Positions 20,447-30,719 of a stretch of 64,000 bases of DNA are shown piece after piece. The translations under genes and the position numbers were made by a program. Each line of letters opens with the position of its first letter. Position 1 is the stretch's first letter. This DNA is from an uncultured bacterium (GTDB lineage Bacteria > Desulfobacterota_D > UBA1144 > Nemesobacterales > UBA2774): positions 1 through 64,000 of the forward strand of contig CAVPJU010000002.1 of NCBI GenBank assembly GCA_963705505.1, written 5' to 3'. The notes beneath the pieces were generated by a model, which ran no database searches, was not told the DNA's origin, and worked only from the letters and a program-made list of their open reading frames with translations.

Positions 20447-21166
20447 TTGGAGCTGGCATTAGTACTCTTGTTGCTCTCTTCTTTCCTCATGATAGCGGGG
20501 GCCGTTAATTCGGCCGACGCGGAAAGCGTTTATAAACAAAGACGCCTCGACATGGTCGAGGAGCAGATCGCGCTCAGGGACGTATCTATGCCCGAAGTAT
20601 TGAGAGCGATGAGGACAGTGCCCAGGCACAAATTCGTGCCGGACTATCTGACCGACATTGCCTACGCCGACGCACCGGTCCCGATAGGGATGGGGCAGAC
20701 AATTTCACAGCCCTACATGGTGGCGCTCATGACAGAGCTTCTGAGCCCGGCGAAGGGCCGGAGGGTCCTCGAGGTAGGCACCGGGTCGGGCTACCAGGCA
20801 GCGGTCCTGGCGGAGATCGGATGCGAGGTTTACACGATAGAGATACTCGAGCCTCTGTCCCTGTTCGCGAGGAGCGTCATCAACGGCCTCGGGTATTCGA
20901 ACGTCCACTTCAAGACGGGGGACGGCTACGCCGGATGGGAAGAATACGCCCCTTATGACGCCGTAATCGTGACGGCAGCGCCCCCCGAGATACCCGAGCC
21001 CCTCAAAAAACAGCTCAAGGAAGGCGGCAAGATGGTGATACCGGTGGAGGACGACGGCCAGGAGCTGCTTCTTCTCACGAAAAAGAAGGACGGCTTCGAT
21101 GAGGAAAGGATCGTCCCGGTAAGGTTCGTTCCCATGACGGGCGAGGCGGAAAGGCACAGGAAATAG
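20447..21166 (+). CDS. pcm: Protein-L-isoaspartate O-methyltransferase with N-terminal signal-like segment
   Basis: VPRHKFVP, GQTISQPYMVA, VLEVGTGSGYQAA, APYDAVIVTAA, VRFVPM. Confidence 0.93.
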   Translation: MELALVLLLLSSFLMIAGAVNSADAESVYKQRRLDMVEEQIALRDVSMPEVLRAMRTVPRHKFVPDYLTDIAYADAPVPIGMGQTISQPYMVALMTELLSPAKGRRVLEVGTGSGYQAAVLAEIGCEVYTIEILEPLSLFARSVINGLGYSNVHFKTGDGYAGWEEYAPYDAVIVTAAPPEIPEPLKKQLKEGGKMVIPVEDDGQELLLLTKKKDGFDEERIVPVRFVPMTGEAERHRK

Positions 21167-21524
21167 AGGGACGGCATGCCCCGGTTAACGGCCCCGTGCA
21201 TAATTCCGTCATTCCGTACCCCATCATAAACGGGCAAACAGGAAATGTTTCCCGAAATGTGAAGCCTCGAAACCCCGAACCGCGATTTCCCGCTCGAGCC
21301 GGCACTTTAACACCTCCTTAACCCCATCCGAACACATTTCAAACAAATAGAAGTACGATTTGTAATAACGGTAAGGAGACCATCCATTGCAGAATAGCCG
21401 TATAATTCAAATTAAGCTCCACCCGGTCCGCGCTGAGCTGCCGGTTTCCGCAATTTTAGCCGGGGAGACGGAAATAAAGTTTATTTTTTCGGACAATATA
21501 TTAGCGAATCAAAGGCATTATCAA

Positions 21525-22466
21525 ATGCTTACCAAGCAAAACGCAACCGTTAATATTTTAAAAAAACTGCCCCTGCACATGGCACAGTCCGTCCTCGATT
21601 CTCTCACGGAGCACATAGCCGTGCTGGACTATAAGGGCGTCATAATCGCCGTGAACAAAGCCTGGAAAAAATTCCCGTCCGAAAACGAGGGCAGGACGCT
21701 TGACCGGGCTTCAGTCGGAGAAAATTATCTGAGAGCGTTCAAGGACGCTTACGGAACGGACAAAAGGTTCGTCCGCGCGAGCCGGGCGATCAGCGGGGTC
21801 CTGACCGGCGGCAGGGAGAAGCTCTCGATCGAGTACCAGTGCCGCCCGGAAGATCGGAAGCGGTGGTTCCGGCTTTCTGTTACTCCGCTCAAGACGGAAG
21901 GAGCCGTATCCGGAGCGGTCGTATCCCATGAGGACATAACGAGAAGGAAGGCCGCCGAGCTCGAAACCAGGAGGCTCGCGGTCACGGACCCGATGACGGG
22001 GATCCTGAACAGGAGGGCGGGGCTCGAGTTTATTCACAAGCAGATAAAGCTTTCGAGAAGGCACAAACGGAGCCTCACGGTCTGCTACATAGACCTCGAC
22101 AACCTCAAATACGTTAACGACAACTTCGGCCACAGAGAGGGGGATAAAATCATACGCACCACGGTCAAGCTCATAAGGAGCGTCTTGAGAGAAACGGACG
22201 CGATGTGCAGGCTCGGAGGGGACGAGATACTGCTCGTGCTCCTGGACACATCGATCGGCGAGTGCATGCCCGTCATAGACAGGATCAGGGAACTGATAGA
22301 ACGCAAGAACAATAAACCGCTCAAACAGTGGAGAATGGAATTCAGCTACGGCCTTGCCGAGTATGCGCCGGGCAGGAAATGCGGCGCAGAAGAGCTCGTG
22401 GATATAGCCGACAGGAATATGTACAAGATGAAGATGTCGAAGAAGTATAAGAAGGGGGTTAATTAG
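21525..22466 (+). CDS. PAS-GGDEF diguanylate cyclase (GGDEI variant)
   Basis: PAS then DPMTGILNRR, DLDNLKYVNDNFGHREGD, RETD..RLGGDEI; start uncertain (21387/21525/21579). Confidence 0.88.
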   Translation: MLTKQNATVNILKKLPLHMAQSVLDSLTEHIAVLDYKGVIIAVNKAWKKFPSENEGRTLDRASVGENYLRAFKDAYGTDKRFVRASRAISGVLTGGREKLSIEYQCRPEDRKRWFRLSVTPLKTEGAVSGAVVSHEDITRRKAAELETRRLAVTDPMTGILNRRAGLEFIHKQIKLSRRHKRSLTVCYIDLDNLKYVNDNFGHREGDKIIRTTVKLIRSVLRETDAMCRLGGDEILLVLLDTSIGECMPVIDRIRELIERKNNKPLKQWRMEFSYGLAEYAPGRKCGAEELVDIADRNMYKMKMSKKYKKGVN

Positions 22467-22723
22467 CCGTCCCGATGCCGGGTCAGAAACCCCCGGTATG
22501 GCTCCCGGCCAGAGGAATCCGAACCGCTTACCCTCCACCGGGCCGCGACCGCCCCGCAACCGGGTTTGGCTCCGGGAACGGATACGTGAGGAGGGGCGTA
22601 TGTATGCCGGCGGGGAGGACCGGGTATTAGAATTCAGAGCATCGTCATCCGAAATGCCCGGGAAATCCGTATATATATTAAGCCGTAGATAGATGATCAA
22701 ATAAATCAAGACGGATTCGGATC

Positions 22724-23731
22724 ATGCTCAAAGGAACAGCAAACAAGAAATTAAACGGATTCAACAGCCCCGCCATGTTAAAGAAAGAGAAGAATAAGTC
22801 TATGGTCTCCGGTAAGGCCCCTTTTGATACAGTTCTGGGGGTCCTCGACTCGCTGCCCGAGCACATAGCCGTGCTCGACATCTCCGGGATGATAGTCGCC
22901 ACAAACCGGTCTTGGAACAGTCACAGGGTAAAAGACGGAGGCGGCGCTGCGGAGAGACCCCGCCCGGGCACTAACTACCTGAGTATGCTCAAGAAAGACG
23001 CCGCGGTAAACGTCAGGTCGAAGCGCTTATGGAAAAATATCGTTTCCGTGCTGGAAAGCGAAAGGGACAGGTTCACTATGGAGTACCCGTCGCGCACTGG
23101 AAAGGACAAGGGATGGTTCCTCCTTTCCGTTACACCGCTTAAGTCGGGCGGCCATGTTACGGGGGCCGTGGTCTCTCATGCGGACATCACCAGGCGGAAG
23201 CTCGCGGAGCTCGAGACCAAGAGGTTCTCGGTCACGGACCCCATGACGGGGATCCTCAACAGGAAGGCAGGACTGGAGTCGGTGCACAGGCAGATGAAAT
23301 TCTGCGAAAGGCACGGGTGCAGTTTTACGGTCTGCTACATAGACCTCGATAATCTCAAACAAGTAAACGACGGCTTCGGCCACAAGGAAGGGGACAGGGT
23401 CATTATAAGCTTCGTAAACATGCTGAGGAGCGCGCTCAGGGAATCGGACGTAATGTGCAGGCTCGGAGGGGACGAGATACTGCTGATTCTCCAGGAGACC
23501 TCTCTCGAGGGGAGCAAGTCCGTATTAAAAAGGATACAGGATTCGGTCGACAGTAAAAACGGGAGGAGCTCCAAGCCCTACAGGATAGAGTTCAGCTACG
23601 GGCTCGCCGAATACACGCTGGGAAGCAAGCTGACTGCCGAAGAGCTCGTGGACATCGCCGACAGGAATATGTACAGGATGAAGACCGCAAAAAAAGCGGA
23701 GAGAGGCGGCAACTACGGCAGGCGTTTATAA
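22724..23731 (+). CDS. PAS-GGDEF diguanylate cyclase paralogue (GGDEI variant)
   Basis: Same architecture; RESD..RLGGDEI. Confidence 0.88.
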   Translation: MLKGTANKKLNGFNSPAMLKKEKNKSMVSGKAPFDTVLGVLDSLPEHIAVLDISGMIVATNRSWNSHRVKDGGGAAERPRPGTNYLSMLKKDAAVNVRSKRLWKNIVSVLESERDRFTMEYPSRTGKDKGWFLLSVTPLKSGGHVTGAVVSHADITRRKLAELETKRFSVTDPMTGILNRKAGLESVHRQMKFCERHGCSFTVCYIDLDNLKQVNDGFGHKEGDRVIISFVNMLRSALRESDVMCRLGGDEILLILQETSLEGSKSVLKRIQDSVDSKNGRSSKPYRIEFSYGLAEYTLGSKLTAEELVDIADRNMYRMKTAKKAERGGNYGRRL

Positions 23732-24025
23732 TGCCAATCCCCACTTGTATCTCCCCTCAACAATGAGAAACTTATTAAAGAAACGGGATGAAAGTAAGCC
23801 GCCCCGGAAATGATTTATCGCCCGCTTCGGTTATATATGCAGTAATACCCAGCAATGACCTGATTTAATCATATCTCATCGAATATATTTACCTTTATAA
23901 GAATCTGACCAAATTTATACAATCGAGCGTATAATATATGCAGGGAGGAAATCTGTACCTACATCAATTGGGAGTACACATCTCTCCCTTTTTACCTGTT
24001 AAATCTATAAATAGGGGTCCCGGCT

Positions 24026-27000
24026 ATCAGAACGGACATCCATCTCGATATCGAGTCTATAGAATCCTACTCTCAGAGAGAACAAACTCAGGAAGAGCTT
24101 GTCCATATTCTCGATAATATCCTCAACGAAATATACATATTTAACGCCGACACTCTCAATTTCCTGTACGTAAACAAACCCGCCAGAGAGAACCTGGGCT
24201 ACACGATGGACGAGCTAAAGAGCCTCACGCCGCTTGACCTCAAGAGGGATTTTACGCCCGAGAATTTGAGCAAGCTCCTCGAACCGCTCCGTACAGGGGA
24301 AGAAGAAACAGTAGGGCTTTCCACATTCCACTACAGGAAGGACCGCTCATGCTACCCCGTGGAAGTGCAGCTCAGGACAGGGGTCTTCAATGCTTCGCCG
24401 GCTTATCTGGCGACAGCACTCGATGTTACGAACCGAAGCATAACACAGGAGCACCTGAGAAAAACGCTCGACGACCTGGCCAAGCTCAACCGTTACGAGG
24501 CTGTGATCAATATAGTCACTCAGGCCGTCCATAAATCGATAGACCTCCACACGGTCATCGAAAACTCCGTCGAGGCTCTCAGCAGGAACATGGACGCCGT
24601 CAACAACATCTGTATCTATCTCAGGGAAGGAAGCGAAGCTGTCATGCAGTCCCACAGGGGCTACCCCGACTGGTTCGTCGAAAGGGTCAAAAGAATCCCG
24701 TTCCCGAAAGGATTCACGTGGAAGACAATAATAGACGGAAAGATGATATATGTACCCGCCACTGAATACGACATCGTAATGGGGCCCGCCGGCTGGGAGC
24801 TCGGCACGAAGAGCTATTTATCCATACCCTTAAAATCACAGGACAAGACAGTCGGAACTATTAATATAAACTCGGACATTAAATATGCGTTCGGCTCCGA
24901 TGAGCTGAGGGTGCTGGAGATAGTATCCCGTCAGATAGAGATAGCCATCAACAACGCGAGATACGCGGATTCTCTATTGCTCTCCGAAAAAGCTCTGGGG
25001 GAAAAGGTAAGACAGCTGTCCAAGAAAGAAAAATACGAAAAGATCATAAATACGGTTACCCGGAGCATCCACAGCACGGTGAACCTGAAAGACGTCATGG
25101 AAAACGCCGTTAAAACAATGGGGGAGAACATAGATAATGCCGACATGGTGCAGATCCACATGGTGGAGGGGGATTTCGCGGTATTGCAATCCTACCGAGG
25201 AGTCCCCGACTCGCTGATGAACGTAGTTCAAAGCATCCCCTACCCTAAGGGACTGACTTGGAAAACAATACTCGAAGGAAAGACCCTATTCGTTCCGGAC
25301 ACTGATTTTGACACCGCGATAGGACCCGCGGGAAAGGAAGCCGGGATAAAGAGCTACGTGGCTATGCCGATAAAGATAAGGGACGAGACAATCGGGAGCA
25401 TAGGCATAAATTCGTTGAATAAAAACGTTTTCTTTGAAGACGAGCTCAATCTGCTCGAGATCATCAAAGAGCAAATGGAGACAGCAATCCTGAACGCAAA
25501 GCACGTGGAAGCGCTCACGATGTCCGAAGAGAGGTACCAGACACTCACGGAAGTCGCGCCGATAGGAATTTTCCGTTCGGATACCGAAGGCAAGGGAGTG
25601 TACGTGAACAACAAGCTCTGCGAGATCACGGGGATCACGAAGGCAGAGGCATACAGTGACGGCTGGATAGACAGACTCCACCCCGATGACCGCGACTACG
25701 TAGCTTCGAGATGGATCGAAGCGGTGAGGACCCGGCAGGAGTTCAAGGAGGAGTACCGTTTCATCAACCGGGAGGGGAACTCGGTATGGGTGATCGCGCA
25801 GGCCCGGGAGGAGCTGGGACCCCAGGGAGAGTTCAAGGGCTACGTGGGGACCCTCACAGACATCACCGACCGTAAGCTCTCCGAGGAGAAGATACGTTTT
25901 CAGGCTTCCCTCCTCGATCAGGTCCGGAACGCTGTCATAGCAACGGACCTCGAGGGTAAGATTCTTTACTGGAATAAATTTGCGGAGGATATCTACCAAT
26001 GGACCGGGGATGAGGTGTCGGGCATGAACATATTCGATGCCATCATACCGAAAAGTTCCGAGGAATTAGCAAAGAGGATTATGAATTCGACAACCGAGTC
26101 CGGCCACTGGGAGGGGGAAGTCGTTCCGAAAAGAAAGGACGGAACGACGTTTCCGGCACATCTCGAATTATCAGTGATAAGGGACGAAAGGGGAAAAGTC
26201 ATAGGAAGTGTGGGCGTGGTCGCCGATATCACCGAGAAGAAAATGTTCGAAGAAAGATTGCTGAGAGCTCAGAGGCTCGAGAGCATCGGCATTCTCGCAG
26301 GCGGAATAGCCCACGACCTCAACAATATCCTTCAGCCGATAATGATGTCGGTACATCTTCTCAAACCGGGAATCAGCGGTGAGAAATACGAGAGGATACT
26401 GAATGTGGTGGAATCGAGCGCCGAGAGGGGGGCAGACCTCATAAAACAGGTGCTTTCGTTCGCGCGGGGCATGGAGAACAGCAAGCAGGCTCTCAACATC
26501 AAATATCTGATTTCCGACGTGTTAAAAATTATGAAGGAGACCTTCCCGAAATCGATAGGGATAAAGACTTATACGGACGGCGACATCCGGAACATCATGG
26601 GGGACTTCACACAGCTCCACCAGGTGCTGCTCAACATATGCGTGAACGCGAGGGACGCTATGCCGGGGGGAGGAGAGCTCGTCATTTCGACAAGGAATAT
26701 CAGGATGGATGGAAACAGGGCCAAGACATACTACGACATCAAGCCCGGAGAATGCGTGGAGATAGCTATATCGGATACCGGATCGGGGATACCGCCCGAT
26801 GTCATGGACAAAATATTCGATCCGTTCTTCACGACGAAAGAGCAGGACAAGGGGACGGGGCTGGGGCTTTCGACCGCATACGGGATAGTCAAAGAGCACG
26901 GAGGCTGTATACACGTGGAAAGCCAGACCGGGAGGGGCACCAAATTCATGGTTTACCTGCCGGCGGTCCCCGTGAAAGCTCAGCAGGAATCGAGCACCTA

Positions 27001-27403
27001 CGAAAACATAAACGTCGCGGCCGGAACAGGCGAGACAGTCCTCATTGTGGACGACGAGCCTGCAGTGCTCGATATAACAAGGGCTATGCTGGAGGAATTC
27101 GGATACAAGGTTCTGACTGCGAACAACGGACACGAAGCGCTGGATGTCATATCGGACAGAAAAAAAAGAATAGACGCCGCGATCGTGGATATGATGATGC
27201 CGGTGATCGGAGGCAAGACCGTTATCCGCTCGCTAAAGAAGAAGCGCCCTTCACTCAAAATCATAAGCGTGAGCGGATACCGGAAGGAGCACGAGCTTAT
27301 AGACGTGGATGAGAATCTGCTGGACGCCTTCCTGAATAAACCCTTTAACGCCGAGACACTGCTCCGGACGCTGGTTACGGTGCTGCATAAGAAAAGTCGC
27401 TGA
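24026..27403 (+). CDS. Hybrid sensor kinase PAS-GAF-GAF-PAS-PAS-HisKA-HATPase-REC
   Basis: GGIAHDLNNIL, NARDAM, FDPFFTTK, GTGLGL, REC VDDE/DMMMP/KPF. First ATG is 24206, but the frame is open from 24011 and encodes the missing PAS start; ATC at 24026 proposed as start. Confidence 0.9.
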   Translation: MRTDIHLDIESIESYSQREQTQEELVHILDNILNEIYIFNADTLNFLYVNKPARENLGYTMDELKSLTPLDLKRDFTPENLSKLLEPLRTGEEETVGLSTFHYRKDRSCYPVEVQLRTGVFNASPAYLATALDVTNRSITQEHLRKTLDDLAKLNRYEAVINIVTQAVHKSIDLHTVIENSVEALSRNMDAVNNICIYLREGSEAVMQSHRGYPDWFVERVKRIPFPKGFTWKTIIDGKMIYVPATEYDIVMGPAGWELGTKSYLSIPLKSQDKTVGTININSDIKYAFGSDELRVLEIVSRQIEIAINNARYADSLLLSEKALGEKVRQLSKKEKYEKIINTVTRSIHSTVNLKDVMENAVKTMGENIDNADMVQIHMVEGDFAVLQSYRGVPDSLMNVVQSIPYPKGLTWKTILEGKTLFVPDTDFDTAIGPAGKEAGIKSYVAMPIKIRDETIGSIGINSLNKNVFFEDELNLLEIIKEQMETAILNAKHVEALTMSEERYQTLTEVAPIGIFRSDTEGKGVYVNNKLCEITGITKAEAYSDGWIDRLHPDDRDYVASRWIEAVRTRQEFKEEYRFINREGNSVWVIAQAREELGPQGEFKGYVGTLTDITDRKLSEEKIRFQASLLDQVRNAVIATDLEGKILYWNKFAEDIYQWTGDEVSGMNIFDAIIPKSSEELAKRIMNSTTESGHWEGEVVPKRKDGTTFPAHLELSVIRDERGKVIGSVGVVADITEKKMFEERLLRAQRLESIGILAGGIAHDLNNILQPIMMSVHLLKPGISGEKYERILNVVESSAERGADLIKQVLSFARGMENSKQALNIKYLISDVLKIMKETFPKSIGIKTYTDGDIRNIMGDFTQLHQVLLNICVNARDAMPGGGELVISTRNIRMDGNRAKTYYDIKPGECVEIAISDTGSGIPPDVMDKIFDPFFTTKEQDKGTGLGLSTAYGIVKEHGGCIHVESQTGRGTKFMVYLPAVPVKAQQESSTYENINVAAGTGETVLIVDDEPAVLDITRAMLEEFGYKVLTANNGHEALDVISDRKKRIDAAIVDMMMPVIGGKTVIRSLKKKRPSLKIISVSGYRKEHELIDVDENLLDAFLNKPFNAETLLRTLVTVLHKKSR

Positions 27404-27473
27404 GAGGAACTCAATAAATCACGGCTGTAAGCCGCCCTTACATGCAGGATACAGGATTAAAAACAAAAGATGT

Positions 27474-27503
27474 GGATTCCCGATTAAAGCATTCGGGAAT
27501 GAC
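27474..27503. repeat. REP-like palindrome (GGATTCCCG..CGGGAATGAC family)
   Basis: GGATTCCCGATTAAAGCATTCGGGAATGAC; relative at 62656-62680. Confidence 0.65.
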
Positions 27504-27612
27504 AAAGAAGAAAGATATCCTTTTCGAGAAGATCAGGGTGTGCAAGCTAGGCTTCGTTTGTTGGCCGGAGCAACAGAGTCACTGAGAAATCATAAAACAC
27601 ACTATGTGTGTG

Positions 27613-30396
27613 CTAGCCGGTGTTCTTGAGTCCGGCGGATATTCCGTTGATGCTGAGCTTGATGTTGTCGGTCAGCGCTGTCTTCTCCTCCGGAGTGAAG
27701 TCGCCCTTGTAGAGCCTCCTGAGTAAACCCACCTGAATGTAACTGAGAGAATCTATATAGGGATTCCTGAGCTCGATAGACTTCTGCAGGAACGGATTAT
27801 TGTCGAGTATCCGCTTCTGGCGGGTAATTCTCAAAACAACCTCCGACGTGAGTTCGTATTCCTCCCTTATCCTTCCGAAAATCCTTTTGCCCACCTCCCT
27901 CGGACTCACGAGGAAGGAGTATTCGAGGGCTATCCACAAGTCGGCCCTGCTGAGAGTCATCTGAATATTGTCCATATGCGATTTGAAGAACCTCCATCCC
28001 TCGTACATCTCGTGAAGGAGCGCGAGGTTCTTCCGGGGATTCTTCCGAACGAATGAATCGAGGGCGGTGCCGACGGAATAAAAGCCCGTTATCAGGTGGC
28101 GGTTCTGGGTCCAGCTGAAGACCCATGGTATGGCGCGGAGGTCCTCTATATGCCTCGACTTTTTTCTCCTCGCAGGCCGCGAGCCCATGCCCATCTGCTG
28201 TATCACGGAAATAGGGGTCGATTGGGTGAAATAGGTGTAGAAATCGGGATCGTCGTAAACGAGCGCCCTCCAGGCGGTCCTGGCGTCGGAAGCTATTGCG
28301 TCCATCGCCCTCTCCCACTCGGGCTTTACGTGCTCGCCGCTAAGGCTCGTGAGGACGACCGAAGTGAGTACGAGCTCTAAATTATCCTCCGCTATCTCCG
28401 GGTGGGAGTAGTTGCTGTAAATGACCTCGCCCTGCTCGGTAATTTTGATCGCGCCTTCGACGGTGCCGGCGGGACGGGCGAGTATGGCCTGGTTGGTAGG
28501 GCCCCCTCCCCTGCTCACCGTTCCGCCCCTGCCGTGGAAGAACTTGTTCCGTATGCCGAACTCGTCCGACACCTTTTTGAGCGCTGTCTGGGCCTTGTGT
28601 ATCTCCCATCCCGAGCACAGGATGCCGCCGTCCTTGCCGCTGTCCGAATACCCTATCATAATCTCGGATATGTCGCCCCTCGCCCTTATGTGCTCCCTGT
28701 AGACGGGGTTCGAGAAGAGCTTACGCATGATTTGAGGCGCGTGCCTGAAATCCTCTATCGTCTCGAAGAGGGGGACTATGTTGAGACGGCTCCTTATCTC
28801 TCCCATATCCGACTGGTATAGTCCGGCCTCCTTCGCGAGCAGCAGCACCTCGAGCACGTTTGCCGCGCTCTGAGTCATGCTGATGACGTATGTATCGATG
28901 CAATCGGGGCTTATCTCGGAGAGGCAGTCCCTTATTGTGCCGAAAGTCAGTAACAGCTCTTTTGTCTCTTCCGACAGCGGGAGCCAGTCCGGCACGAGGG
29001 GCCGCGGGTTTTTTATCTCCCCGGTGAGCCAGTCGAATTTTTCGTCCTCGCTCATATTTCCGTAAGATGGCAGTCCCAACCGCTCCGTTATTTCGGTCAA
29101 TGCGCTTCGGTGGACCGCGCTGTTCTGCCGGATGTCGAGCTTCGCCATGTGGAATCCGAAGACCTCGACCTGCCTTATGAGCTTTTTGAGAATGGAGTCC
29201 GCGATATGACCGCCTTTATTCTCCCGGAGGCTCCTGTCTATAACGTAGAGGTCCCGCAGCAGCTCGTCCTTGTCCCTGTATGGGGGGATATCGTTCACAC
29301 CGCCGCCGTCGATATTTTCGAGCGCGGCGCGGAGCCTTCTATCCATATATTCGAGCATTGCCCTGTAATACTCGTGAGGGTTATATATTCCATATTTTTC
29401 CGCGACGGATTTGGCTTCATTCGTTACGCAGGCAACGAGCTCGCTGCTCACGGGGACTATTTTTACGGAGGAGCTCAACTGTCTTTTCAGGCGCTCCATC
29501 TTTTCGATGTGCTTCTCAAGCGCGAGAGCCTTCTGTATTTTAAGGACTTCCCTCGTTATCCCGTGAGTGATGAAAGGGTTCCCGTCCCTGTCACCGCCGA
29601 CCCAGGAGCCGAACCTCAGAAACGGCGGGACTTTTATATCGCGGACGCCGTAATTCTCCTCAATCTTCTTTTCGAATTTTTCATATATCCTGACGAGCGC
29701 CCTGAATATTATCTCCCTGAAGTAGTAGTGGATGTTCCTCGCCTCGTCGAGAGGCGTGATCTTGTACGGGGGCACCTCCTCCGTCTGCCAGAGCCCGTCG
29801 AGCTCGGCGTGTATCTCTTCCTCTATGCCCTTTTTCTCATCGGCACTCAATATGGGGCTGTCGAGCTCTCCCAGGAGCGATGATATGCGCCTGAATTTCT
29901 CTAAAACTATGTGGCGGTTGACTTCCGTCGGGTGGGCCGTGAGGACGAGCTCTATGGACATTCTATCGAGGAGGCTCTTAAATTCCTCATAGGACACGCC
30001 TTCAGACCTAAGTACCTGGAAAAGGTTCTCTATCGAGCCCTCGCTCGAATCCTTTACGTCCGAGATGTACTTGTATTCGCGCCGCCGCCTTATCCTGTGT
30101 ATCTGCTCCGCGATGTTCACGAGCTTGAAATAGACGGTGAATGCGCGAGTGACCTTGTAGAGGTCCCTGTCGGAGAGGCTTCTGATCGTGGCGACCAGCT
30201 CGTCCTTCTGGCTCTTCTGATAGTGACGCCTCATCTCCTTCGTGAGCGCCCTTATCTTCTCCTCGATGCCGAATATCTCCTCCCCCTCCTGCTCCTTGAT
30301 TACGAGCCCCAGTATATTCCCGAGGAAGCGGACATCGTTCCTTAAGGGTTTTTCCTTGTCGGTCCTTTTCAACTGGGTTCCGGGTTTTACTTTCAT
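27613..30396 (-). CDS. ppc: Phosphoenolpyruvate carboxylase
   Basis: VLTAHPTE, WVGGDRDGNP, MIGYSDSGKDGG, FHGRGGTVSRGGGP, LRAIPWVFSWTQ, C-terminal GLKNTG. Confidence 0.97.
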   Translation of the reverse strand: MKVKPGTQLKRTDKEKPLRNDVRFLGNILGLVIKEQEGEEIFGIEEKIRALTKEMRRHYQKSQKDELVATIRSLSDRDLYKVTRAFTVYFKLVNIAEQIHRIRRRREYKYISDVKDSSEGSIENLFQVLRSEGVSYEEFKSLLDRMSIELVLTAHPTEVNRHIVLEKFRRISSLLGELDSPILSADEKKGIEEEIHAELDGLWQTEEVPPYKITPLDEARNIHYYFREIIFRALVRIYEKFEKKIEENYGVRDIKVPPFLRFGSWVGGDRDGNPFITHGITREVLKIQKALALEKHIEKMERLKRQLSSSVKIVPVSSELVACVTNEAKSVAEKYGIYNPHEYYRAMLEYMDRRLRAALENIDGGGVNDIPPYRDKDELLRDLYVIDRSLRENKGGHIADSILKKLIRQVEVFGFHMAKLDIRQNSAVHRSALTEITERLGLPSYGNMSEDEKFDWLTGEIKNPRPLVPDWLPLSEETKELLLTFGTIRDCLSEISPDCIDTYVISMTQSAANVLEVLLLAKEAGLYQSDMGEIRSRLNIVPLFETIEDFRHAPQIMRKLFSNPVYREHIRARGDISEIMIGYSDSGKDGGILCSGWEIHKAQTALKKVSDEFGIRNKFFHGRGGTVSRGGGPTNQAILARPAGTVEGAIKITEQGEVIYSNYSHPEIAEDNLELVLTSVVLTSLSGEHVKPEWERAMDAIASDARTAWRALVYDDPDFYTYFTQSTPISVIQQMGMGSRPARRKKSRHIEDLRAIPWVFSWTQNRHLITGFYSVGTALDSFVRKNPRKNLALLHEMYEGWRFFKSHMDNIQMTLSRADLWIALEYSFLVSPREVGKRIFGRIREEYELTSEVVLRITRQKRILDNNPFLQKSIELRNPYIDSLSYIQVGLLRRLYKGDFTPEEKTALTDNIKLSINGISAGLKNTG

Positions 30397-30531
30397 GTTA
30401 AGCGCCCCGAATATATTATCCGAGAGTGATTCCGGAATCTAATTTATTGACGAAATCTCCCGTGTCCTTTTCTTAGGAGGGCATGAAGCCGGAAAAGGGT
30501 CCAACACCCATTTCTATACAATTACCGAAAC

Positions 30532-30547
30532 ATTACATTTTTGTAAT
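30532..30547. promoter_or_regulatory. ATTAC-N6-GTAAT response-regulator box
   Basis: ATTACATTTTTGTAAT upstream of the porin/two-component locus. Confidence 0.65.
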
Positions 30548-30719
30548 TATTGATGCTGATTATATAAGAAGATAGATTGCTTATGATTAATGAAGTAAAA
30601 TCCTTCGAAGAGCAGGAAAACGGGTCCGGAATCGATGTGTTTATGCCGAATTCCGGGACCCGGCCCCGGACGAAAGAGGCTTTCGGTTATGCGAGACCGC
30701 TTCGATCAAAACCGAATCG

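Noticed and set aside
21228..21280. GGGCAAAC..GAAA before the GGDEF genes as a c-di-GMP-I riboswitch
   Set aside because: Lacks the GACGCAAAGC junction and P3 pattern; looks like a simple hairpin
21711..22709. Long antisense ORFs (also 42588-43433, 43225-44157, 52668-53753)
   Set aside because: Shadow frames of well-supported genes with high GC3
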